Shown here in pieces: positions 10,419 to 19,573 of a DNA stretch of 64,000 bases. The notes below the pieces were generated by a model that was given only the letters and a program-made list of their open reading frames with translations, was not told where the DNA came from and searched no databases. The position numbers and the translations under genes were made by a program. Every line of letters starts with the position of its first letter. Within the stretch, counting starts at the first letter, position 1. Origin of the DNA: Klebsormidium nitens (taxonomy: Eukaryota; Plantae; Klebsormidiophyceae); assembly GCA_000708835.1 (NCBI GenBank), contig DF237439.1, forward strand, positions 1 through 64,000. Reading direction: 5' to 3'.

Positions 10419-10725
10419 GCACCATCTGAAAGACCGGAAGGTTCTGAGGAAGCCTGAGCTAACCATGTGATGCTTTCTGTATTCAGGACCTTTCGATTCT
10501 TGAGTCCCGTGGGATAGAGTTCTCGAGCAGGTTTGGGTGGACATTGTGAAGCTCCAGTAGAGGCGGGATGCACTGCACCATCTCAAGAACTGTAGGGTCC
10601 TGAGGAAGCCTGAGCTAACATTGTGTTCCTTTGTTTCTTCAGGACCTTACAGTTCTTGAGATAGTCCCACGGCATGGAGTACTCAGCAGGGTTGGTTGGA
10701 CATTGTAATGCTCAGTGGAGGCGTA
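10419..10725. repeat. Diverged 156-bp tandem duplication, each unit containing an inverted repeat
   Basis: gcaccatct...ctgaggaagcctgagctaac...tcaggacc at 10419 and 10575; arms 10581-10603 and 10639-10661 match at 22 of 23 positions. Confidence 0.8.
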
Positions 10726-11107
10726 TTGTACTCGAGGTCTGAGGGACATATGACGCTTTGATTGGCAAGTACCAGGATAGTCGCATGGCCCAGACATGTT
10801 CTTGCCAGCAGGGTACGAGCAGCTATTTTTCTGCTGCATAGAAAGGGACAGAGAGTTATGCGGGACATGCTGTATTCTGGCCATTGTTGAAAGTCTGTAT
10901 CATTTTTTGATCAGGCGGCATGTTATGCTGATTACGCTGCATTGCATTGTGCTCGATGGGGTGTAAGGCTTGAAAATAATAATCTTGCTATATAGTACCC
11001 TTGGCATGCTAAGACAGGCACAATGTAGCATTATATGCAAACACTTGGTTCTGTTCGCAACTTTCGCTACCCTCGTGCTGATGCCGAATCCTGCCCTGTG
11101 TGGAAGG

Positions 11108-11530
11108 ATGATAAAATCCGATGGTGCTTTCGAGACATGGACCGATAAGATGGCAGATGCGAATGCTACCAGGAAGACCATGTTTCGGGAGACGAAGTGC
11201 ACGCCGTTCTGCGAGAAGGCCAAAGAGGGCCTCGAGAGAGGAAGCGAACGTTCCTATCTGTACTTGAAGGTGAAGGAGAACTCGCCATTCGATGCATATT
11301 TGCGCTCCGTACAAGGTGAAATCCTAGGAATCCTCGCGGAGGAAGGAGTGCAAAAACATGTGAGATGGCCTTACGATACGACCTCGATGGTGCTACGCAT
11401 CAAGATTCCCATGAGTCACGGACGAATGGATGTGAGATGCTTCGATGCCGATTCTCATGATGCTCTACCACCGGCTTCTATCGATGAATGTATGAATATA
11501 GCAGTGAAGATGGCCCTCTCCGAAACCTAA
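11108..11530 (+). CDS. NCLDV-type hypothetical protein, possibly an OB-fold ssDNA-binding-like protein (truncated)
   Basis: Intronless ORF with YLYLKVKENSPFDAYLRSVQGEI...LRIKIP...VRCFD; resemblance to viral SSB-like families is by eye only. Confidence 0.4.
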   Translation: MIKSDGAFETWTDKMADANATRKTMFRETKCTPFCEKAKEGLERGSERSYLYLKVKENSPFDAYLRSVQGEILGILAEEGVQKHVRWPYDTTSMVLRIKIPMSHGRMDVRCFDADSHDALPPASIDECMNIAVKMALSET

Positions 11531-11636
11531 GCAATCCGTTCCAAGAATTGCCACCGCCTTTACAACAAATCTCGCCGCGGAGAGATGGTGCGTCGACTTG
11601 GGGCACCCACCGAACACGTAGAAATTAAACCACGGC

Positions 11637-12800
11637 ATGATGATTCTCACGGCGAGCTCCGAGCGCGTTCGACAGGCGGTGACCAAGTGTTCGCGCGAGC
11701 TTTGGTCGCATCAGCTCGCGATGATACACCGTTGCATGAGGCTCGAGCGCGAGGGTCCCGTGTTTGGAACGTTGTGCGACCCCCCGGGAACCGGCAAGAC
11801 GCATGCCGTGCTCGGGCTGGTGGCCGCGTCGTCAGGTAACGGCCTTACCGTGATCACGGTGCCACACAATATTTCTCACAATGGCGACTCGCTCTGAAGG
11901 ACTTTGAGCTAAAGGCGCTGACCGTCGTGAATTACGCGGATATATGCTCCCTCTTTTTTGAGTGGGACCAACCGTTCAGGAGGGAGTTTTCTCCGCGACT
12001 AGAGGGGCTGGATCTGATCCTCGCCTCGGACGTGTGTTTCGATCCCCTCGCGAACAACCTGCAAGAAGTGGGGATCAAGGTGTCCAGGTTGGTCTTTGAC
12101 GAAGCAGACACGATCCGCTATTGCGTTCGAAGCCTGGGGGACGCTCGGCATACGTGGCTCGTAACGGCTTCCTGGACCGAGAACGACGACGGTACTTGGA
12201 AGGGGCTACGGTCGGGGCGTCTCGACAGGGTGCAGTGCGAAGCAAACTTCATCGCTTCTAGCATCACGTTGCCGATGCCCGTGTACTCGACCATCGTGTG
12301 TCGCAGCCTCCACACAGATGCTGTACTGCGGTACGTACTGGACGGAGAGGCACTGGAGGCCGTGAACGCCCTGGACTACGCCAGGATCGTCTCGCGGCAC
12401 AACCCCCGCGCGGTCACCAGCGACGTGGATGCTATAGACGTCCTGTTGAAGGACGCCGTAGGTGATACCGAGTCGCTGGAAGAACGCTTGAGGAGCTGTC
12501 TCGCGGCGCTGCAGCGGCATGACATTTCGCCTAGGGACGTCAGAGTGTACGAAGCAGAGCGGGAGAGTGTCACGAGCGCGCTCGAGACTGCTAGGAGGAC
12601 GGCAGACAACATCCGCGCTCGCCTTCGTGACGCCGAGATGTGTTTGATATGCTACGATGCATTGGTCGACATCGGGACGAAGGTGATGACCAACTGCTGC
12701 CAGAACACTTTTTGCTTGGAATGTGCGAAGGACTGGTGGAGGGGCTCCGCATTCAAGAATTGCCCCGTCTGTCGAGAGAGACGAGCCTTCGAGGACCTTG
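11637..12800 (+). pseudogene. NCLDV-type SNF2-like helicase with C3HC4 RING finger; frameshift at about 11879; 3' end lost in the N gap
   Basis: LWSHQLAMI, Walker A DPPGTGKT, Walker B LVFDEAD, motif III LVTAS, RING CLIC...CCQNTFCLEC...CPVCR; one added C gives HNISHQWRLALKDF, joining the two frames. Confidence 0.8.
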
Positions 12801-13100
12801 NNNNNNNNNNNNNNNNNNNNNNNNNNNNNNNNNNNNNNNNNNNNNNNNNNNNNNNNNNNNNNNNNNNNNNNNNNNNNNNNNNNNNNNNNNNNNNNNNNNN
12901 NNNNNNNNNNNNNNNNNNNNNNNNNNNNNNNNNNNNNNNNNNNNNNNNNNNNNNNNNNNNNNNNNNNNNNNNNNNNNNNNNNNNNNNNNNNNNNNNNNNN
13001 NNNNNNNNNNNNNNNNNNNNNNNNNNNNNNNNNNNNNNNNNNNNNNNNNNNNNNNNNNNNNNNNNNNNNNNNNNNNNNNNNNNNNNNNNNNNNNNNNNNN
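12801..13100. other. Assembly gap (300 N)
   Basis: Run of n. Confidence 1.
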
Positions 13101-13147
13101 TGCACGACGCTACTCAAGTATATTTTCCTCTCGTAAGTTACAGCGGC

Positions 13148-14158
13148 ATGATATCCGACGAAGAAGTGTACGACGCCGTTCTCGCACTGAGACCTCCGTT
13201 GGATCTTCTCCAGCGTGCCGTAGACGAACGCGGTTTCGAAGCACTCGACTACATGCTAGATAGGGAGTATGACGCGGATGAATCCCTGGAAGAAGCTATG
13301 GGGACCGCAGCGAAGCAGACATACGGAGAGCCCGTGGACGTCGGGAGTCTACCCAAGAGACTCGAGGCACTCGAAGAGCTAGATTCTTGGCGGTCGAAGC
13401 AACCGGAAAGGCTCAAGAGAGTCATCCTGTCGGGTGCTTCGCTGCTCGAAGGTGCAGTGAGACGTGCAGGTTGGACCAAGGCCGATCGCGCGGCTGGGAA
13501 GGCCATCGTGGACGCATTCGGCAACCAATCTTTCGTGGCTGCCCTGCGAGGCTTAGAGCTCGACAAGCGTTCTAAACGCCGGCACGAGGAGCTGCACGCT
13601 CCCGCTAGTGGATTCGTACAGATGACGACCCGTCTGAGGGGAAGGAACATGGGTCAGTTCGCGGATAACCGGAGAGCGACGGAGTGGTGGACTTCGTCGC
13701 ACGCGCACGAGCAACTGCGAGATGAACTCTACCGGAAGGAGTATAAGCCCCCACGTTACGTCTCGATGCTGCGGTACTTCCTCGCAGCGGGTCTGCGTGC
13801 GCCCAGACACCCGAGAGGATTCACACGGCGGTACCTCTACCGCGGCACCGACCGAGTCAATCTGATGATAGGTGCGTTGGAAACGACCAGAAAATTCCAC
13901 GAAAGGTCCTTCTCTTCGTGGACGTGGGACGAGGACGTCGCAGCTTCGTTCGGAGACCGCACCTTGCGACTGCACTTGTCGGACATCAGGCCCGGAACAC
14001 CCTGCGTCTGGTTCGGGCTCGGCAACGCGGCATCCCAAGTAGTAGGAGAACGGGAGGTGTTGCTGCCGCCCGGCAATTTCAGACTTCACAAGAAACAGGG
14101 ACGCATCTATGACGTCGACTTCGAACCGGAACCCGACTTCATGCGGACGACTGCATGA
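13148..14158 (+). CDS. ADP-ribosyltransferase of the R-S-E clade (VIP2/C3/exotoxin-like) with an unknown helical N-terminal region
   Basis: C-terminal YLYRG (catalytic R), HERSFSSWT (S-x-S) and GEREVLLPPGNF (E-x-E) in canonical order and spacing; open 336-aa frame from MISDEEVY. Confidence 0.8.
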   Translation: MISDEEVYDAVLALRPPLDLLQRAVDERGFEALDYMLDREYDADESLEEAMGTAAKQTYGEPVDVGSLPKRLEALEELDSWRSKQPERLKRVILSGASLLEGAVRRAGWTKADRAAGKAIVDAFGNQSFVAALRGLELDKRSKRRHEELHAPASGFVQMTTRLRGRNMGQFADNRRATEWWTSSHAHEQLRDELYRKEYKPPRYVSMLRYFLAAGLRAPRHPRGFTRRYLYRGTDRVNLMIGALETTRKFHERSFSSWTWDEDVAASFGDRTLRLHLSDIRPGTPCVWFGLGNAASQVVGEREVLLPPGNFRLHKKQGRIYDVDFEPEPDFMRTTA

Positions 14159-14161
14159 TGT

Positions 14162-14668
14162 CTAGTGCAGACATGTCTTCACCGAAGCTCTGTCCTTGTA
14201 TAGGTTCCTGGTCCAGAGACCGGCGCGGCTGAACTGGTTATCCTCTTCCATGATGCACTTTGGATTCTGGATGTTGTGCCCGTCCACCACCCACTGGGGC
14301 CCGATCCTGCTCAGGTCCAAGCTGGTCGTCTCTCCTCTCAACGAGCCCCTGAACTTGGATTCGGGCGCCGGAACTCCCTTCGATGCCCCTCGTGGCAAGA
14401 CGAATGGCCCAGTGTCGCGCAGCAATGCCGAATTGGGTACGATACTGGCTCTGAGAACGTGTCCTGCGCGGTTGGTTATGCCCCGCATGATGGACTCTCT
14501 GTCGATCTGCTCCGAGCTATGCGGTGGAAATATGGCATCGCATGTGATGCCTGGAACCGTAGTATCCAGAGGGCATGCATCCCGCGCGTGATTGATCCTG
14601 TCCATGAAATAACGGCCCGGAGCGAGGCTCTGTTGCAATTGATAGTCAATGCTCTCCCTCAACGCCAT
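14162..14668 (-). CDS. NCLDV conserved (putative minor structural) protein
   Basis: IDYQLQQSLAPGRYFM at the N-terminus, IDRESIMRG, and C-terminal RAGLWTRNLYKD, a pattern typical of a conserved NCLDV family. Confidence 0.6.
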   Translation of the reverse strand: MALRESIDYQLQQSLAPGRYFMDRINHARDACPLDTTVPGITCDAIFPPHSSEQIDRESIMRGITNRAGHVLRASIVPNSALLRDTGPFVLPRGASKGVPAPESKFRGSLRGETTSLDLSRIGPQWVVDGHNIQNPKCIMEEDNQFSRAGLWTRNLYKDRASVKTCLH

Positions 14669-14703
14669 CACTACATTGATCACAACAAAATATTTGCACC
14701 GGC

Positions 14704-15102
14704 CTAACGGATTATCACGGTAGCGGAGGGCCGGACTCTACCCATGTCGATAGCCGGTCTCTGGACTCGGCGAGTCGTGACATACTGTTTGTTTCTCTCT
14801 TCCACTCGCGTCGACACGCCTCCTCGAGCATGATTTTCGATCACTATATGATCGTAGAGAGAGCAAGGGCCATACTTGATATCAGTGGGAGGAAGGAGGT
14901 TTATGGTACCGAATCTTTCGTTTATCTGACCCCTCTCCTTGATATCCTTAGGATGCTTCGTAGCAGGACGCGTCAGAGTGCTATCGATATCGATCTTACC
15001 GATACGACCTTCATTGCCCCTATAAGTGGAGCGCTCGATTAATTCCGTCGAGACACAAGGGATTTTGGGATCATACGTATTGAAAGGCTCACCGAAGCGC
15101 AA
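14704..15102 (-). CDS. NCLDV conserved (putative minor structural) protein, paralogous to 14162..14668
   Basis: IDIDSTLTR and HARGGVSTRVEERN (RGG-x-STR motif). Confidence 0.6.
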   Translation of the reverse strand: MRFGEPFNTYDPKIPCVSTELIERSTYRGNEGRIGKIDIDSTLTRPATKHPKDIKERGQINERFGTINLLPPTDIKYGPCSLYDHIVIENHARGGVSTRVEERNKQYVTTRRVQRPAIDMGRVRPSATVIIR

Positions 15103-15364
15103 TTTAGTTTCCGTATTGACTAGCGACCCTGATGGTCGATATTGCGAATCGCACTGCTCATAGACATTTCGACATTCCGTCGCAGGACACCTTCATAGGA
15201 ACAGATATCATCGGAATATATTGATATCATATTATAATGATACATGATAAAGGCCTATATCGCATACGTGTATACCGTGCATACTATAACATATTCCAGT
15301 AATCAAAGGCATCTGCCTGACCCTTTCGGAGATTTTCGAGAAACTGAAAGAGAACTGCCGGAAC

Positions 15365-16051
15365 GTGACTGCAACCGAAGAGGCAGAGGAGGAAGAAAAT
15401 GCAAAGGAGACTGCAAAGGTTGTCCAGTTGGCCAAGTGGGATCAGGTGGAGGTCAACCTGCCGACGTACGAATCCCTGAAGGCGTTGTCTACGCTTACGA
15501 AGCAGCTTCCGAACATGAACAAGGTGTTAGAGTCGGTGAAAAACCTGTATATGCAGTTCTTTCCCGATGAGCACGAGACTTTGCTCGTTCAGAAGAGTGT
15601 GGACTATCGCAACAAAGCCAGCAGTGAAAGGTGCAGCGTTGTCGGGAGGACGCCACGGCTACTAGCGGCTGAGGTGGCAATGGCTGCCTGGTTGCGTCAG
15701 GGGCGAAGGTGCTCGATCTGCGACATGCAGTGCGATTGGAACAGACTGTGCGGAGGGTGGGGCAGCTTTCCTCAGATAGACCGATCGGATGTCGCGGTTG
15801 AAACTTATGTGGGCAATTTTTCCTGGGTTTGTAGCAGATGCAACACGTTGAAGGGTCACTTCGTGGAATTGATAAGGTACGATGAGTTGGCACTCGAGAC
15901 CCTGCGCAGAATCGAAGAGAATTCCGAAGACACATTAGGGGACGACCTTGCAGGACAAGTGTTGAGGGAGATAGAGAGACAGTCGATGAGGGACACGTAC
16001 GTAAGATCCATTGCGAAAGAGAAGGGGCCAAAAGGGCTTCGAAAACCGTAG
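15365..16051 (+). CDS. HNH/EndoVII-like (beta-beta-alpha-Me) nuclease; start codon uncertain
   Basis: RQGRRCSIC...QIDRSD...YVGNFSWVCSRCNTLKG; the frame opens after a TAA at 15287 with no early ATG. Confidence 0.65.
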   Translation: MTATEEAEEEENAKETAKVVQLAKWDQVEVNLPTYESLKALSTLTKQLPNMNKVLESVKNLYMQFFPDEHETLLVQKSVDYRNKASSERCSVVGRTPRLLAAEVAMAAWLRQGRRCSICDMQCDWNRLCGGWGSFPQIDRSDVAVETYVGNFSWVCSRCNTLKGHFVELIRYDELALETLRRIEENSEDTLGDDLAGQVLREIERQSMRDTYVRSIAKEKGPKGLRKP

Positions 16052-16454
16052 CCCTAAAATCCTAAAACCGTAGCACAACAACCTTGGACGACCAAGATTT
16101 TTTTCTAAGATGTATTTGATACACCTGTCCGCAGCAATCGCACGCTTGTTGGCAGCCTGACGGACGAGGGCCCCAAGGGGGCGCACCCTCCCAGGGGGCA
16201 CATCCTGGCAGGGCGCACGACGCTAGAGAGACGCAGTATACAGCTGGACGTCCTGATTTTTCTGCAACTCTCTCATCTCCAACGTGCATCATGCGAATGT
16301 ACATCATATGAATGCGTGTTCTGAAGTAACGATGCTACAGGATTCCATTCTTTCGGCCTCAAACATTTCTTCGTGGTGACGCTTTACTGGGTCATCAAAG
16401 AGGAATGTCTCTTACATGTTAACTTGGGCGAAAAGTCTCTAGCCGTATCTATCT

Positions 16455-17318
16455 CTAAGTTTTCCTCCCGGTCTTTCTTTTGCTGGACTTCTTTCCTGCT
16501 TTCTTCCTCGTGCTCGCAGACATCAGTGCTAGTAAGCCTCCGCCCACGGCCACGCCACCGCCGCCACCACCTCCGCCGCCTCCACCAACCCCTCCTCTCC
16601 CACCGGCGCCGCCTCCACCAGCCGAGGAACGCGCACCTAGAGAAGTGCGTGGGCTGTTGGTACCGTAGGTAGCTGAGACGGAAAGTGAGGTCAGCGCCGA
16701 AACGAGGGGGCTCCCATCATAGGAAACCCGCCTCTGGCTCCCTTGACCCAAGGAACGTGGAGGGGGTAAGGCGTCGAGTTTCCTTCTCAAGCTATTCGAA
16801 AGGGGAGCTAAAGGTGGTGGGTTCCAAGGACGATTCTTGACTTGCGAATGCCTCATCGAGACTGCTGGTCTCGACCAGGCTCGAGAGGCTCCGCCGAATG
16901 GCGTCGCGGGTGCACTCTGCACCTTACTCGCCAGAGGACGCTCGCTCGACCACCACCAGTTTGGGCGCGACGAAAGCGAAGATCTGGAACTTTCGTCACC
17001 TGATACGGAACGTTCGGATAGGTCTTCGTCCTCGTAAGACGTACGGCTGCGCAACATTGCCACCTGCTCGGGGCTCAACGTGACAATCTCTGATTGACGG
17101 TAGTCAGGAATACCATCCGGTCTGCTTAGGACATTCTCACCGTCCCTCGCCCACGCATAGAGTGTTTCAACGGGTCTGATCGCGTCCTCTGGAATGATTC
17201 TTCTGTCATCGTATCCGTTGATACCTGCTTCTAGCCATTTCGGGACGTATCCATATCGGCGGCTTGGATCGAAACCAGGGATGTTCCTTCTCAGTTGGTT
17301 GGTCGGCCGTGGAAACAT
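16455..17318 (-). CDS. Viral-style hypothetical protein with a Gly run and a Lys/Arg-rich tail
   Basis: Intronless ORF from MFPRP; ends GGGG...RKKAGKKSSKRKTGRKT; divergent from the thaumatin gene across 56 bp. Confidence 0.55.
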   Translation of the reverse strand: MFPRPTNQLRRNIPGFDPSRRYGYVPKWLEAGINGYDDRRIIPEDAIRPVETLYAWARDGENVLSRPDGIPDYRQSEIVTLSPEQVAMLRSRTSYEDEDLSERSVSGDESSRSSLSSRPNWWWSSERPLASKVQSAPATPFGGASRAWSRPAVSMRHSQVKNRPWNPPPLAPLSNSLRRKLDALPPPRSLGQGSQRRVSYDGSPLVSALTSLSVSATYGTNSPRTSLGARSSAGGGGAGGRGGVGGGGGGGGGGGVAVGGGLLALMSASTRKKAGKKSSKRKTGRKT

Positions 17319-17374
17319 CCTAGAGATATATATACATCGGAAGAAAAGAATTCCTGCACCTATATGTATCTGGT

Positions 17375-18001
17375 ATGACAAAGCTCATCCTCGCACTCGC
17401 AGTCATCTTCCTCAGTCAACATGTTTCATGTAGAGTCATCACCATTCATAACAATTGCAACACGAAGATCTCGTGGGGTATAGAGGAGGCGCGAGGGATG
17501 CTGACGACCTCCCTCTCCAGAGAGCTGAAGCCCGGAGAGAGGTCTGCACCTATAGTAGTGCCACAAGGTTGTGGAGGTCGCATCTGGGACGATTCGAGTG
17601 AGCCGTACGCGCACACGATCGCCGAGTTCTTCATGGACGACGTGGGCGGCGATTACTACGACATCAGCATAGTAGACGGATTCGACACGGGCATCAGGTT
17701 CGCACCATCCTCAGAAAATTGCGACACGATAGAGTGTGCGTTCGATGCGAGAGCAGCATGTCCTAGCGAACTCTTACATCCTACCGGCTTTCCTTGTCTG
17801 AGTGCTTGCACCAAGTACGGGACGCCTCCTTATTGCTGTACGGGAGCCGACAACAACACTCCTGAGAAGTGCCCTGCTAACGAATGGTCTCTCTACTTCA
17901 AAACCCTCTGTCCGGATGCTTACACTTTCGCTTTCGATGACCCTACTTCGATAAGAGTCTGCAAGGATGCTGCCTCGTACGAGATAACCTTCTGTCCCTG
18001 A
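17375..18001 (+). CDS. Secreted thaumatin-like (PR-5) protein, intronless
   Basis: Signal peptide, ITIHNNC, GRIW, TIAEF, DYYDISIVDGFD, CLSAC...YCC, FKTLCPDAYTFAFDD, YEITFCP. Confidence 0.92.
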   Translation: MTKLILALAVIFLSQHVSCRVITIHNNCNTKISWGIEEARGMLTTSLSRELKPGERSAPIVVPQGCGGRIWDDSSEPYAHTIAEFFMDDVGGDYYDISIVDGFDTGIRFAPSSENCDTIECAFDARAACPSELLHPTGFPCLSACTKYGTPPYCCTGADNNTPEKCPANEWSLYFKTLCPDAYTFAFDDPTSIRVCKDAASYEITFCP

Positions 18002-18003
18002 CT

Positions 18004-18303
18004 CTACACGTATTCGTCGCAATCTACATACTTCACCTGCAGATTCGTCATCACGCTGTCTTTGAGGAGGTGCACGCCTTCTCGCACATCCTGCTGATCC
18101 GGCGTTCCTCGAAAATCTTGCACCAAGACGGAGAAGGGTGAGGTGTAGACGGCGGCCCTCGTAAGACCGGCGCTGTTGTCGTATGTGACCACCATGAAAG
18201 GGTCCTTGATCTCTCGCTCTTGGTCCAGGATAGTGAGGATGGCGTTCGCCACGCAGTCGTTGGAAGCTTGGATGGTCGTATTGCGGGCGCCTGAAGAAGC
18301 CAT
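18004..18303 (-). CDS. Hypothetical protein (99 aa)
   Basis: ATG at 18303; intronless; converges on the thaumatin gene with a 2-bp gap. Confidence 0.45.
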   Translation of the reverse strand: MASSGARNTTIQASNDCVANAILTILDQEREIKDPFMVVTYDNSAGLTRAAVYTSPFSVLVQDFRGTPDQQDVREGVHLLKDSVMTNLQVKYVDCDEYV

Positions 18304-19573
18304 GTTTGCAAAGAACGTCAGATTGCAGAATGATGGAATGATGGGAATGATGGGAGAGGGGGCTAGGTGCTGTCTCTTATAGTAGTGGCGTCCGAAAAAA
18401 GGCCCCGTCCGAAACTTCAGACTTTTTTTCCTGGACAATAACAAACGAAGATGACTCGCCCAGGAGTTTCGGACGGCCGAGCCTTTGGCCTAGACCCTTA
18501 CAGGCCCGTCGGGGCCATAGACGCCAAGGTCCTCCATGAGCTCAATCATACTGCAGATCGCAGTAATATGTCCGTTGGCCGTCAGTCATGGTACACTGAA
18601 CAGATGTTCTGATTTCCGGAAATCGAAGTTCTTGACCCGCGCTATGGAAAACAGACAGTCTGTTTCGCGCAATAAGAAAATCTGTTTCACGCGCTGAAGA
18701 CCAGACCGCCTGTTCACGACTACAAGAGTAATTTTTAAACCCTAAAGTGCAATAGGGCCGTTGTGGCACTCTGAATCTTGACCGTCGATCGAGTTGACAC
18801 CGAGCTGGGTGGCCTGCACAGAACGTGAACCAGAACATTGTTTAGTGTCAATTTCGGTTGGAGGATGTTGATTCGTCGGTAGGAAATACAATGTCGTTGA
18901 GAGGGGCTGCATGGGCGAACGCATCTGCCCCGGCGACTTGCACAACAGAGTATCACTGTCGAGGTCGCCCCGCAGACCCACATTGTATCGAGATTTCGGC
19001 GACCCCAAGAGTCGTGCAGCTTACGTTCGGCTGTACGTTCTGTCGTTTTCGGAGCCCTTTCGGAGTCCTTTCTCTACTCACTTTGATTCAATTCAATGTG
19101 TCTATCTTCCAAGCTTAAGGAATACGTCCCCAAAATAGTCGCCCCACGTTGTTATTGAACGTGACAGGACCCGTGTATCCCTACAATATGAGTTCCAATC
19201 GTGGAGATGTCGACGCGTGTCAGGGATCCGGTAAGCTGACCCACTTAAAGAGGATAATATGTCAAGAACCTCTCCGAAACGAGAATAAAATCTGGCCGTG
19301 TATAGCAAAAGGAAGAACGCTTCACGCCAAGGGCTCCTGTTTGACCTTTACATTGGCAACAACTAACAAGGCAAAGTAAGCATAAATAGCATGAGCCAGA
19401 ACCTAGTAACGGCAGAAGTAAGAAGCTAGACAACGACAAAGACTCAGACAAGGACAAAGACTACAACAAGAAGACATAGACAGAGACAGAAAGAAAGACG
19501 AGGATGAAGAGGGAAGAAAGAGGCAAAGATGAAGACAAAGACAAAGAGAAACGGAAACAAAGTCTGATCTCAC

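Larger units (their letters stand above)
4142..18450. mobile_element. Endogenous giant virus (NCLDV) segment, partly pseudogenised, interrupted by a host-like island at about 8.4-11 kb
   Basis: Dense intronless ORFs with short intergenic spacers, contrasting with the intron-rich flanks. Several ORFs carry motifs of NCLDV-conserved families (DUF5767-like, viral-type SWIB, SNF2-RING, RGGxSTR structural-type proteins). Confidence 0.8.

Noticed and set aside
11927-14158. 743-aa SNF2-RING-ART fusion ORF in the ORF track
   Set aside because: The two halves are joined only through a 300-N placeholder gap. The ART part has its own ATG (13148) and an AT-rich upstream motif, so the fusion is unsupported.
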